From the sequence record LT598654.1: a DNA stretch of 64,000 nucleotides. The stretch is one strand, 5' to 3'. The translations under genes were made by a program, and so were the position numbers. The notes beneath the pieces were generated by a model. The model ran no database searches and was not told the DNA's origin. It saw only the letters and a program-made list of their open reading frames with translations. Positions 8,895 to 19,057 of the stretch are shown one piece after another (the stretch's first letter is position 1; each line of letters opens with the position of its first letter).

Positions 8895-11800
8895 TTAACC
8901 TCCTCTAATGTATCCAGAGGGAGGACAATCATAACAACTGTTAGAACATGGGATAATCTGTGACCATACCCAGCAACCCTCAGAAAGTTCAAAGGTTTTG
9001 ACTATAGCACCGTTCAGTCCCCACACACCGATAGCATTAGCAAGAGCATCTTCCTCAGTAGCAAACCTACCGTTATCTAAACACGATTCATTACCTACGT
9101 CTAAACAATCACCTTCCCGAATAACAATAGGAGGAGCATCAGGACTTGAATAGGTGAACGTGTCAAACGGTATAAAGTTAGCGTCTAACTCCAATACTTC
9201 TTGGTGTGTTAAGTAAGAAGTTTCTACGTAACGGTCATCCATTTGGTATACATAACAGCTAGCGTAGTTATCTATACTTAAATTATAGCTATTCTCTACA
9301 AACTCAGGACTGTGATATGTATCAACTTTTGCATCTTGTGCTATTTCGCTATTAGACGCATTGGGTACTACTATATCAACAGACACTCCTAACCAAATAG
9401 GTGTCAGAGGTATAGACCGGAAGTTTGATAGAGCGTATTCCTTGGTGTTTGATATGTTTTCAAACGATGCCTGCTTTTCGTATTCCGTATTAAAGCTTGC
9501 CGAATCTGTACGGTAGAAAACATCATAAAGAATGTCTAGTGTAGGTGAACTAAATTCGTTCTTTACCTTAGAGTAGTCGATAACAAAAGGTTTTGCATTA
9601 CTAGACTTCTGCTTACCGTAAACAGGGTTGTACCAAACTTTAACAGTTGCGCTCTTAACATAAGACACGTCAGGAGATTCAGAATCAGGCTGAGTCCACT
9701 TGTCAAACTCATAACGGTCTGTCTTGAACAAATCGTAATGATTACGTTCAAAACCAGCCGAGTCAGTGACGTACTGGGCATTATTGGTCTTTAAGAAAAT
9801 AGCTTCTACGCTGTAGCTGTGTACCGTTGCGTTTCTTACAAAATCCATCATCTGTGAGTAATAACCAATGCCGCTAGGTCGTTTAACAAACATGTCAAAC
9901 CCATCAGTCACAGGTATATTAACATCGACTTTGTGCCATTTATCATTTCTATCAACAGCCGCAAGACTTGAATTAGTTTTACCAAACAGGCGAACCACAT
10001 CAACTTCTTTAGGTGCGTTTGCTAATCCTCGATCAGCCTGATAACCATTAGCAACAAGCGCACGGCTTACAGACTTACTGTAGATTTGAGAATCACGTTG
10101 GCGAATAGCAGCGTTTAAGTCATATACCGCTATAGCTTGGCGAGGTTCTGATTGAATCAAAGAACGGTCTTCAACAGTAATAGCCTGTCTGTCAACCGAA
10201 ACCAGTTCAGCATCGGTAGTGATAGCTTCGGCATTACCTCGAACAGAAGCCAACGCAGATACAGTACTAACTACAGAACTTTCTCGACCATCGCTAAGTA
10301 AAACCATTTCACGGCTTTCTATGGCATCATCAGCATCAATACTACGTATGCTCCAAACACCTTGCAGGATACCTGCGCGTACACTATGCTGTGTAACAGA
10401 ACCGTACACACCTAACGCATAACCCACCAGTTTCAGTACAGAACCACCGGGTACAGAGATATGGGTGTCTTTTCTCAACACACCTCTGTAGTTTAGAGAA
10501 CCTGTAGGCATGACCCAATTAGAACCGTCTATAATAGGTCTGGTGTTTCGTGGAATAACAACACTAACCATATAGCGAGGGCTAACCAAATCTAGTGCTA
10601 CCTCTTCGGACTCTACTAAGTCACCTAGAGTAACACCTGTAATAGAACCGAAGTTAAGCGGAACAATATCAAGACCCGGTAGAGTAGTAACTACCCAAGT
10701 AACAGATAACTTACTCATAGCAAGTGTGATCTGGTGGTCTGTTCCGTACACAGGTTTGGTAGTAAGCTTGATTTGTACAGAAAAAGGTCCGTCACTTGAT
10801 ACAGGATAAGTTGTTCCTACCTCTACACCATCTACAATAAGGACTGCATCGTAGTCATCATTAATAGATAATTTTTCCAGAGGCTCATTCAGTGTGATTG
10901 TTATTGGGTCACTGACGTATTCCTCACCGAGTTCAGCATAAGGAATATCAATAAAATCAGAGGACGCTTCGGGTGCATGGAATGCTTGACTGCTTCCTAC
11001 TACCCGCGAGGTAATAACCCAAGTGCTATCAAAAATTCCTGCGTAGCGAACAGTAGCCATTGTCTGTTCAGCTTCATCAGGACTACTACGCATAGACAAG
11101 TAATAGGAATCGCCGTTCGACAGAGTAGTAGACGCACCAACACTTGAACCGTTTTTAATAATCGTTCCTGTACCTTCAACAATCTCGAAGCTACAAGGTT
11201 CAACGTCAAGACCTTCAACGTTAAGAGTGTTTGATTGGTACTGAGTATCTAACTCGGCATAATCAATAGGTTCGAACATAACTTCGGTAGGAATCAATCG
11301 CTTGGTATCAGGGTCAGCATAGAAGCTGTATACGGATTGACCTAGAACAAACTGAATCTCACGCGCTGCGCCTCCAGGGAGAGACACTTCAAAGTTAAAC
11401 GTTTCACCAGGTGCAATCTGAGCACCGTATACATAAGATCCATCTTCTTTGTTTACGCCTACCTGTACAGCAGTTTCGTCATCAGGGTACAGGTACAGAG
11501 TAACTGGTTCACGAACACCATCTAAGGTATAGCTAGCACTGGTTTTTGTTTCTGCAATAGGTATGTCGTTTACGTCTTGGTACTCCAATGGATCTGGGTC
11601 ACCATCAGATATAATAAGACGTTCATCAATATCAGGATACAGGCAACTAAGAACAAGAGTACTGGCATCCGACGCCATAAACATTTCATAGCTGTGGTTA
11701 TCTCCTAAATCAATAGAATCAACCATGTTTAGATCAGTGTCGAGAATAATTATCTCTTTCTCTACTACATCACTAACGTAGATCAAGTCTTCGCTTCGAC

Positions 11801-12887
11801 TATATACAATTGCGTCAAGGTAACCTTGAGTTATAAAGTAAGCCGTTTCATCGATAGTGTGCCCATTATCAAAATCTAGGTTTACTTTGGTTACGGTACG
11901 CTCTTGTCTATGCGAAATATAAAGAGTGCCTCCAATTGGATCGTAGTCTAAAGAAGAAGCAAACTGAGGTAGCGTTAATGAATGATCAAGCGCGTTACCT
12001 AAAATGAATTCAATTGAAGATTCGGTTAGTGCAGCGCAATAGCTACCTATCTGGTAAAGACGATGTGGTTTTTTACTTAGTGTAACTGTCTCCGTAGACG
12101 CAATGGTCTGGTCATCATTAAACGTAACAATTGTGATAGTGTTTGAGTTACGGCTAGCAACGTACAGAACATTCAGTACAGAGGTTAATGCAATTGGATC
12201 AGCAACGTCTATTTCACTCTGCAAGACATAGCTGTTTGAATAGAATGTAACCTTACTACTCTTATCAAAAGCAAAAGCAGTCATCATTCTGCTTTCAGAA
12301 CCTGACTTGTATACAGTAGCAGAGGCAGTAGGGCCTTCGTAATCCACATCAGGTACACGACCTAAAAAGTTTCCGAACGTATCCACTACATTGATATGGT
12401 TCATGTAATAATCTAATACATGAACCTTGTTACGGACAGCACCTATCGAATCGGAGTCTACAGGAGTGTCTGTAAAAGGAACTAAAGTGAGTTCTTCGTT
12501 TGAGTATACACCTAAAGAACTGTTATCGGTAGGAACCCAGACACTGGTGTCCAATACTTCCCACGCATACTTTCCGTTAAGGGCATCGTTGTATTCGAAG
12601 GTAACATCAAAACGATTAATAAGACAAAAAGTACCTTCAACTTTATTGTCCTGAATAAATTGAATGAAGCGAGGTACACCAAGTGATGCACCGCTAGTTG
12701 CTTCAATACTAACTGTGTCGCCGTCTGTGACATTAGCAGAGTTCCCTAAAGGAACTCCGTTAACAATTAAAGTAGCACCGACCACAGATACAGAGGAGAT
12801 ACCACTTTCTGAAATGATTGTGATTTCATCCGACTGTTCTGTAGTATTAGGTTCTAACCTTGCCCTGTAACCTAGATCGTATAGCAT
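8895..12887 (-). CDS. Large putative tail/baseplate-associated structural protein (1330 aa)
   Basis: Beta-propeller-like blades (LYVASRNSNTITIV, LYISHRQERTVTKV, IYVSDVVEKEIIILD); several approx. 90-aa repeats (P..f.f..i..ae....y.S..it); Cys-rich C-terminus; lies in the structural cluster. Confidence 0.7.
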   Translation of the reverse strand: MLYDLGYRARLEPNTTEQSDEITIISESGISSVSVVGATLIVNGVPLGNSANVTDGDTVSIEATSGASLGVPRFIQFIQDNKVEGTFCLINRFDVTFEYNDALNGKYAWEVLDTSVWVPTDNSSLGVYSNEELTLVPFTDTPVDSDSIGAVRNKVHVLDYYMNHINVVDTFGNFLGRVPDVDYEGPTASATVYKSGSESRMMTAFAFDKSSKVTFYSNSYVLQSEIDVADPIALTSVLNVLYVASRNSNTITIVTFNDDQTIASTETVTLSKKPHRLYQIGSYCAALTESSIEFILGNALDHSLTLPQFASSLDYDPIGGTLYISHRQERTVTKVNLDFDNGHTIDETAYFITQGYLDAIVYSRSEDLIYVSDVVEKEIIILDTDLNMVDSIDLGDNHSYEMFMASDASTLVLSCLYPDIDERLIISDGDPDPLEYQDVNDIPIAETKTSASYTLDGVREPVTLYLYPDDETAVQVGVNKEDGSYVYGAQIAPGETFNFEVSLPGGAAREIQFVLGQSVYSFYADPDTKRLIPTEVMFEPIDYAELDTQYQSNTLNVEGLDVEPCSFEIVEGTGTIIKNGSSVGASTTLSNGDSYYLSMRSSPDEAEQTMATVRYAGIFDSTWVITSRVVGSSQAFHAPEASSDFIDIPYAELGEEYVSDPITITLNEPLEKLSINDDYDAVLIVDGVEVGTTYPVSSDGPFSVQIKLTTKPVYGTDHQITLAMSKLSVTWVVTTLPGLDIVPLNFGSITGVTLGDLVESEEVALDLVSPRYMVSVVIPRNTRPIIDGSNWVMPTGSLNYRGVLRKDTHISVPGGSVLKLVGYALGVYGSVTQHSVRAGILQGVWSIRSIDADDAIESREMVLLSDGRESSVVSTVSALASVRGNAEAITTDAELVSVDRQAITVEDRSLIQSEPRQAIAVYDLNAAIRQRDSQIYSKSVSRALVANGYQADRGLANAPKEVDVVRLFGKTNSSLAAVDRNDKWHKVDVNIPVTDGFDMFVKRPSGIGYYSQMMDFVRNATVHSYSVEAIFLKTNNAQYVTDSAGFERNHYDLFKTDRYEFDKWTQPDSESPDVSYVKSATVKVWYNPVYGKQKSSNAKPFVIDYSKVKNEFSSPTLDILYDVFYRTDSASFNTEYEKQASFENISNTKEYALSNFRSIPLTPIWLGVSVDIVVPNASNSEIAQDAKVDTYHSPEFVENSYNLSIDNYASCYVYQMDDRYVETSYLTHQEVLELDANFIPFDTFTYSSPDAPPIVIREGDCLDVGNESCLDNGRFATEEDALANAIGVWGLNGAIVKTFELSEGCWVWSQIIPCSNSCYDCPPSGYIRGG

Positions 12888-12893
12888 AATAAC

Positions 12894-13223
12894 CTACACA
12901 AGTTGGAATGTACCTGAATGAAGCACCTGCTTTTTAAACGTACCATATAAAGCACGTTGCCTGTAATCTTGCAGAGCACTAATGTCTTGGGTAGTAAACA
13001 GTTCCGTATGGTCTATAACAAAACGATACGCAGCATTATTAAACGCAGCCTGTTTACTGGGAGCCGTTGTACGGTAGAAACCTCTTTTATTTTTAAATTT
13101 AACTCTAACCGAGTAAATCTTTCCATCTACTGTCTCAGAAGAATTCTCCTTCGGAGCGGTGAACCCCGAGGAGAAGTTAGTTTCTTTCCAGACAGAGGCA
13201 TGAATTGGGATATTAAGCAACAT
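12894..13223 (-). CDS. Hypothetical protein (109 aa)
   Basis: Packed between structural genes; SD GAGG upstream. Confidence 0.7.
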   Translation of the reverse strand: MLLNIPIHASVWKETNFSSGFTAPKENSSETVDGKIYSVRVKFKNKRGFYRTTAPSKQAAFNNAAYRFVIDHTELFTTQDISALQDYRQRALYGTFKKQVLHSGTFQLV

Positions 13224-13243
13224 ATCAGCCCCTCAACCAAAGC

Positions 13244-14284
13244 TTATGCTCTGGCTACATCCATTCCGATTCCAGAAATCTGGAAGTAAATACGCATACC
13301 TTTGTTGTCAGCATGGTTAGCATTCAACGCGCGGTATTCACGAGGTTGCGCTTCACCGTATACTGTTACTTCGTGAGTAGCGAACTGAGAAGTAACGTCG
13401 GCAGACGCATACGCAATCATATCCAACTCATGTGGATAAGAATAACGTTGAGTGTTCAGGCTTCTAGGGAAATTGATAATGAACTTACCGTCTTCATAAA
13501 TAGAAGTTTGTTGAACACTATTAATGATACGCGCACTGTCACCTGTGTCTTTGGTAGCACTAACAGGTAAAGTAGGTGTATTAATATCAGACTCACGAAC
13601 CACAAACTTGAGGATACCGTTAGCATCAACAGTATTCAAGTCAGTGCCGCCACCACCTTTCTGCGAGAACACACAGAATAGAGGACTCTTACCGTCCTGG
13701 ATAACTGCACCTGTGTCGTCAACCATGCGCTGAATAACAAACCAAGCAAACTTATCGCCGTCTTTGTCGTATGCCTCAGCCCACATTGAAAATGCGATAC
13801 CGTGATCACTGATAGACAGGAAGTACGACATAGGTACAGCTTCTTCATCAGCAGTATCAAAACCCCAGTTCTCATAAGAGAAGAAGTGAGTATTGGCATC
13901 ACCAGAGGCAGCGTACAGGCTATCAACGTTTAGGAAACCGCATTTATAAATGTTAGAACCCGATGTACGTGACGTAGCAACAGTAACCGCACCCTGGTCA
14001 TCGATAATCAACTGAGTCGGCGTAAACGCATAGAAGTCCAGTGTCTTATCAGTTTGGTTTGCAACCATGTGCAAGTACCAGGGTTGATCTTCATCACCAG
14101 CCAACGGGTCAACAGCCGTTTGCGCCTTAAACGTCGCAGCAGTATGCTGAGTACCTACAGCTAAATCAGCTTGTTGGTTATCAAGTGACACAATTTCAAA
14201 ACCATTCGCCAACAGGTTAGATGCGAGGTCCGCAAGTAACATTTCAATGTTGGTGAAGTTATTCTTTTCTACAGTAAAACCCAT
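13244..14284 (-). CDS. Putative virion structural protein, paralog family A (copy 5 in transcription order)
   Basis: Shares MGFxVEKN, SY.L.ISDHG, GKSPLFCVFS, VRESDINTPT, LNTQRYxYPHELD and GMR motifs with four neighbours. Confidence 0.75.
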   Translation of the reverse strand: MGFTVEKNNFTNIEMLLADLASNLLANGFEIVSLDNQQADLAVGTQHTAATFKAQTAVDPLAGDEDQPWYLHMVANQTDKTLDFYAFTPTQLIIDDQGAVTVATSRTSGSNIYKCGFLNVDSLYAASGDANTHFFSYENWGFDTADEEAVPMSYFLSISDHGIAFSMWAEAYDKDGDKFAWFVIQRMVDDTGAVIQDGKSPLFCVFSQKGGGGTDLNTVDANGILKFVVRESDINTPTLPVSATKDTGDSARIINSVQQTSIYEDGKFIINFPRSLNTQRYSYPHELDMIAYASADVTSQFATHEVTVYGEAQPREYRALNANHADNKGMRIYFQISGIGMDVARA

Positions 14285-14309
14285 TAGAGTTATCTCCAGT
14301 CAATGAATA

Positions 14310-15518
14310 TTAAGAACGAGCAATGTCGATACCAGCGCCTTCAACTTGAACAACGATACGCATACCTTTGTTGAACTGGTTGTTAGAGGCAAGACCTGCG
14401 TACTTACGTGCGTTAGATTCACCATAGAAAGTCATTTCTATCTGGTTATCCTGTGACACGGCATCAGCACTGGTGTACCCGATCAAATCAAGTTCGTGAG
14501 GATAACCGTAACGCTGAGTATTCAGACCGTTAGGGAAGTTAACAATGAACTTTTCATCTTCACTAATTGATACCTGCTGAACAGCATTAATAATACGGTT
14601 ACTATCAGCTTGGTCGATAACAGCACTACGAGGATAAGTAGGCGTGTTAATGTCGGACTCACGGGTAACCATATACATAATCTGGTCTGCATTCGCATCA
14701 TCCAGGTTGCTGTCTTTGTTACCTTCCAACGAGAACACAGTAAACAGAGGACTCTTGCCTTCTTCTACAATTGCACCTGTGTCTTTGTCTACCATACGTT
14801 GCGTACAGAACCAAGCTGATTCCATACCGCCTGAATCGTATGCTTCACCCCACATAGCAAATACAATACCGTGATCACTGATAGTAAGACGGTACGACAG
14901 AGGGTGTGCTGCGAAATCGCCGCGCTTACCCCAGTTAGGCTGTGATATGTAGTTAATAGATGAAGTCTCAGACGCGGTATTGTCAATACTGGCATCATTG
15001 AAGCAGTAGAAATAACCGTTAGTTTGAGTGTTAGTGGTATTACCGTCACCGGATGCACCAACTTCACTGTACTTCAAGCTACCGTATGAAAGCATACCTG
15101 CAGGACGTTGCACTCGATTGATAGTAGTACGACCGCTATTGGTTCGTGCAGTATCGTTAAAGTCTTTGAGGGCAATACGCCACTCGCCGTTATCCTGAGG
15201 AATAAGTTGATTGGGTGTAACGATGTACACGCGCAACCAATTAAGGTGACCATTTTTAAAGCTGTAGTCACTTGAAATAGAAGTGTTCGCTTCTATAAAT
15301 ACACGCCAGGGTTGGTCATCTACAAGAGGATCAACGCTAGTAGTAGGTGCTAAACATACGCTAGTTGTTTCTCCGCTTGGTGACGCTGTGCCTGCAATAC
15401 CATTTAAGTATTCAATGTCGAACCCGTTTGCTGCCATATCAGTAGCTAAGGCAGTAAGGAGTTCAGTGGCTTTAACGTAGCCTTCACGTTTTACGCTGTA
15501 ACCCATTTTAATCTCCAA
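14310..15518 (-). CDS. Putative virion structural protein, paralog family A (copy 4)
   Basis: Same motifs; longer variable middle. The likely start is the second Met (MGYSVKREG, 15506). Confidence 0.75.
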   Translation of the reverse strand: MEIKMGYSVKREGYVKATELLTALATDMAANGFDIEYLNGIAGTASPSGETTSVCLAPTTSVDPLVDDQPWRVFIEANTSISSDYSFKNGHLNWLRVYIVTPNQLIPQDNGEWRIALKDFNDTARTNSGRTTINRVQRPAGMLSYGSLKYSEVGASGDGNTTNTQTNGYFYCFNDASIDNTASETSSINYISQPNWGKRGDFAAHPLSYRLTISDHGIVFAMWGEAYDSGGMESAWFCTQRMVDKDTGAIVEEGKSPLFTVFSLEGNKDSNLDDANADQIMYMVTRESDINTPTYPRSAVIDQADSNRIINAVQQVSISEDEKFIVNFPNGLNTQRYGYPHELDLIGYTSADAVSQDNQIEMTFYGESNARKYAGLASNNQFNKGMRIVVQVEGAGIDIARS

Positions 15519-16565
15519 TTAGGCTAATGTGCCGCCTTCAATCCAAAGTAAAATACGAGCACCTTTGTTGTGAACATGATCTGCGTTCATTCCGCGATAC
15601 ACTCGCGGCACACCTTCACTGAAAGGATTAACTTGTATATCAGTAGACTGACTAACTACGTCTGCCGATATAATTGCTAGAAGGTCTAGCTGGTGAGGAT
15701 AACCATAACGCTGAGTGTTCAACCCGTTAGGGAATGTCATAACAATATTGTTATCTTCACGAATAGACACCTGTTGAGCGCCGTTGATAATACGTGTACT
15801 ATCCGCAGTATCTTCAATTGCTGATACCGCAAAGGTAGGTGAATTTACATCCGCCTCACGTACTACAAACTTCATAACCGCGTTGGGGTCAGGTGCGTTT
15901 AAGTTAGAATCGTCAGGGAAGCCGTTGTTGGAAAACACGCAGAACAGAGGAGCTTTTCCAGAAACAACAGGATTACCTGTAGAAGTAACCATACGTTGAC
16001 ACACAAACCAGCTATGCTTATCACCGTCGCTATCGTAACTCTCTACCCAAATAAACAATGAGAAACCGTGATCGGTAAGAACTAAACGATAACTCATAGG
16101 ATTGGCTTGGGTGTCACTTTCAGGCATTCCCCATTGCTCAAAGCTAGCAGAACGAAAGACCGAATCAATGTCGTTGTGTTGACTACCTGGTGTCAGTTTA
16201 CCTGAAAGATAGTCTTTTGTTTCGTTCTTCTTCTTAACCGCAATTCTAAAGTCACCGCCTACATCAATTACCTGAGATTGAGCAGTAAGGTAGAAGTCTA
16301 ACCACTGTTCTTCTTCATTAAAGATCATAGTGAAAGCCCAAGGTTGAGATTGGGCTAAGCTATCTACACCTGTGTCTGCAAACAGTGTGACTTTCTCACT
16401 CAAACCTGCAAAACTAGGATGACCGGTGGCTGCTGGATCAGATTGTAAGTTAGTACCGTCGGCATTTGCTACAGTAAAGAAACCTGAATCATGCAAGTCT
16501 TCACCGATACTTTTAACAAGAGATTGGAACGAAATGAATCCGTTCTTTTCAACTGATAAACCCAT
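15519..16565 (-). CDS. Putative virion structural protein, paralog family A (copy 3)
   Basis: MGLSVEKNGF ... GKAPLFCVFS ... LNTQRYGYPHQLD. Confidence 0.75.
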   Translation of the reverse strand: MGLSVEKNGFISFQSLVKSIGEDLHDSGFFTVANADGTNLQSDPAATGHPSFAGLSEKVTLFADTGVDSLAQSQPWAFTMIFNEEEQWLDFYLTAQSQVIDVGGDFRIAVKKKNETKDYLSGKLTPGSQHNDIDSVFRSASFEQWGMPESDTQANPMSYRLVLTDHGFSLFIWVESYDSDGDKHSWFVCQRMVTSTGNPVVSGKAPLFCVFSNNGFPDDSNLNAPDPNAVMKFVVREADVNSPTFAVSAIEDTADSTRIINGAQQVSIREDNNIVMTFPNGLNTQRYGYPHQLDLLAIISADVVSQSTDIQVNPFSEGVPRVYRGMNADHVHNKGARILLWIEGGTLA

Positions 16566-16577
16566 AACTATCTCCTA

Positions 16578-17612
16578 TTAAGATGCAGCAATACCTGAAC
16601 CTTCAACAAGACATAACATACGCATACCTGTATTCTTAGGGAAGTTAGCTTGCATACCTCGATACACACGAGGTTGAGCTTCACCATAAAGAGTCAAAGG
16701 AACTTCTTGGTCTTGCGTGATAACATCAGCAGACGTATACGCAACCATATCAAGTTCGTAGGGGTACGCAAATCTTTGAGTGTTAACACCTTGCGGGAAG
16801 TACACAACAAACTGATTGTCTTCGGAAAGAGCAACCTGTTGAAGTGGATTAATAATAGCACGGCTATCAGGTCCGCTGATACAAGCACTGTCCGGTGCAG
16901 TAGGTGCGTTAACATCAGTTTCGTACACAACGAACTTTTGAATTCTGTTACCTACAGAGGCAAGGTCTTCGGATAATGCAACGTCAGTGTCGCCGCCTCC
17001 TGACCAACAGAATACACAGAACAGAGGACTCTTACCAGTGCTAACTACTGTACCATCTTTTTGTACAGGACGCTGTACGGTAAACCATGAGAAACAATCA
17101 CCTGCACGGTCAAAAGACTCAGCCCAAACAAAGAAACTGATACCGTGATCGCTGATTGACACCAGGTAACTTAAAGGAATTGCACGAGGGTCAACACCAT
17201 TCTGCTTAAAGCAACTCCAGTTAGTTTCGGCATTAGACCGAGCAAGGAAGTATGCCTTTGCCCCTGCTACATCGTTACCTGAATACATGTGACCCGACTG
17301 TGTAGAGGCACCGTTGTTTACAACTGTGTAGCTGGAATCGCTGTTAACCTGAGTCTCGTGGCAAGCCCAGAAGCGCATTGTGCCTCCGTTATCATCACTA
17401 GCTGCAAGTACCAGACGCCAAGACTGATCAATAGGGTCTACGGCTGCTGTCGGTTGGAATACATAATATGTACTGCTGCTACTAGGAGTGGGATTCACAT
17501 CAGAACCATTAACTGCAACAAGCGTAAAGCCATTAGCAACCAAATCCTGAGCGAGAGCCATTCCTAGAGCCTGTACGCTAACGTAATTGTTACGTTCAAC
17601 TGAGAAGCCCAT
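16578..17612 (-). CDS. Putative virion structural protein, paralog family A (copy 2)
   Basis: MGFSVERNNY ... GKSPLFCVF ... VNTQRFAYPYELD. Confidence 0.75.
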   Translation of the reverse strand: MGFSVERNNYVSVQALGMALAQDLVANGFTLVAVNGSDVNPTPSSSSTYYVFQPTAAVDPIDQSWRLVLAASDDNGGTMRFWACHETQVNSDSSYTVVNNGASTQSGHMYSGNDVAGAKAYFLARSNAETNWSCFKQNGVDPRAIPLSYLVSISDHGISFFVWAESFDRAGDCFSWFTVQRPVQKDGTVVSTGKSPLFCVFCWSGGGDTDVALSEDLASVGNRIQKFVVYETDVNAPTAPDSACISGPDSRAIINPLQQVALSEDNQFVVYFPQGVNTQRFAYPYELDMVAYTSADVITQDQEVPLTLYGEAQPRVYRGMQANFPKNTGMRMLCLVEGSGIAAS

Positions 17613-18027
17613 TCACTTTCTCCTGTTTAAAATGTTTATATAACTTGGTGTGCTGAGGTGTACCAGGTGTAAGCCAAGAATGAGGAACGTCTGAATTCTT
17701 TTGGTATACCTTGTTGAAGAAAACATACTTTTTTCCGAAAGCTTTATTTGAATTAAGCTCACGTTGCATGGTTTCTCCGTCTATGCGATTACGCTTGGTA
17801 AAAGCATCCATCAGTCGGTTCTTGGTTGTATTACTATAGATAAATATCCATAGGTCTACGTCTTTGTTTAGTAGCTTGTCATATAGTTTTACAGAATCGA
17901 AAAACACATCAGCAACTTTAATGATAGGATCACGTTTAACGTCGATACCATCTATCCGCTTCATAATGGATTCTAATTCTTTTTGCAAACCTATACTAGT
18001 CACTCCACCTGTTACCACAACACGCAT
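17596..18027 (-). CDS. Hypothetical protein inserted within the paralog array (about 143 aa)
   Basis: The track start (18072) overlaps the upstream gene. ATG at 18025-18027 (MRVVVTGG) lies 1 nt after its stop. Unrelated to family A. Confidence 0.6.
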   Translation of the reverse strand: MRVVVTGGVTSIGLQKELESIMKRIDGIDVKRDPIIKVADVFFDSVKLYDKLLNKDVDLWIFIYSNTTKNRLMDAFTKRNRIDGETMQRELNSNKAFGKKYVFFNKVYQKNSDVPHSWLTPGTPQHTKLYKHFKQEKVNGLLS

Positions 18028-18028
18028 T

Positions 18029-19057
18029 TTAGAATCCTTGTCCTGCAATCTGACACAATACACGCATCCCACTGTTATTAGGAAAATTAGCGTTTAACGC
18101 TTTGTACGTGCGTTGAGTTTCCTCACCGAATACAGTGAACTTAGGTTTAGACCATTGGCTTAGTACGTCAGCACTGGTGTATGCAATCATATCCAGTTTA
18201 TAGTCGTACAGATAACGCTGAGTGTTAAAACCTTGAGGAAATCTAACTGTATAGCTGCCGTCTTCCAAGATAGCTACTTGTTGAAGAGGATTGATAATAG
18301 GGTAACTATCACCCACTGGAACAACTGCGCTACGAGGAGGTTCAGGCATGTTAACGTCAGACTCACGCACAGTGAAATACAGAATAGAGTTGGCTACCTT
18401 GTCGTCGGGTGCATCACTGATCTTTTGTGCATCACTATTACCGTAGCGACTGAATACACACATAAGAGGAGCTTTTCCGTCAGAAACAATTAAACCTGTA
18501 TCGCAGTCAACAGGTCTTTGGATATTGAACCAACAGAAGCAGTCACCGGCTTTATCAAAGGATTCAGCCCATAGTGAAAAGAACACACCATGATCAGTTA
18601 CGTTTAACTGGTACGAAAGAGGAATAGATTCAGGGTCGATGCCTTGATCTTTATAACAAGACCAAAACGTTTTGGTGCTATCGTTAGACCAAAAAGTAGC
18701 TGTACTGTCGTGTAAGTTATCTACACCAAGAAAGCCTGCTTCCTTATCAGTTTCGTACTCACCTACATTCCAGGAATCATCCAATTGGGTTGGAGTGCAT
18801 ACCCAAACCTTTATGTAACCTGCTGTGTTGTTGAACTCCAATACTAGTCGCCAGGGCTGAACTAAATCGTCTGCTAAAGGATCAGATTCAACTAGAGGTT
18901 TTAAAACGTAGTGACTATTTATAGAGGAGAAGCCACTTGTAGTTGCTTTATCTACTGCTACTACTTGAAAGCCTCCGCTCTGCACTAAATCATAAACGAC
19001 CTGGTAACCGAGTTGGAGAATATTTGAGAATCCGTTACGTTCTACACTTATACTCAT
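18029..19057 (-). CDS. Putative virion structural protein, paralog family A (copy 1)
   Basis: MSISVERNGF ... GKAPLMCVFS ... FNTQRYLYDYKLD; TAATG overlap with the upstream gene. Confidence 0.75.
   Translation of the reverse strand: MSISVERNGFSNILQLGYQVVYDLVQSGGFQVVAVDKATTSGFSSINSHYVLKPLVESDPLADDLVQPWRLVLEFNNTAGYIKVWVCTPTQLDDSWNVGEYETDKEAGFLGVDNLHDSTATFWSNDSTKTFWSCYKDQGIDPESIPLSYQLNVTDHGVFFSLWAESFDKAGDCFCWFNIQRPVDCDTGLIVSDGKAPLMCVFSRYGNSDAQKISDAPDDKVANSILYFTVRESDVNMPEPPRSAVVPVGDSYPIINPLQQVAILEDGSYTVRFPQGFNTQRYLYDYKLDMIAYTSADVLSQWSKPKFTVFGEETQRTYKALNANFPNNSGMRVLCQIAGQGF

Noticed and set aside
13244-19057. Diversity-generating retroelement or invertible cassette behind the paralog array
   Set aside because: All copies are full-length, in the same orientation and diverged throughout. 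I saw no reverse transcriptase, recombinase, inverted ends or near-identical template/variable repeat pair.
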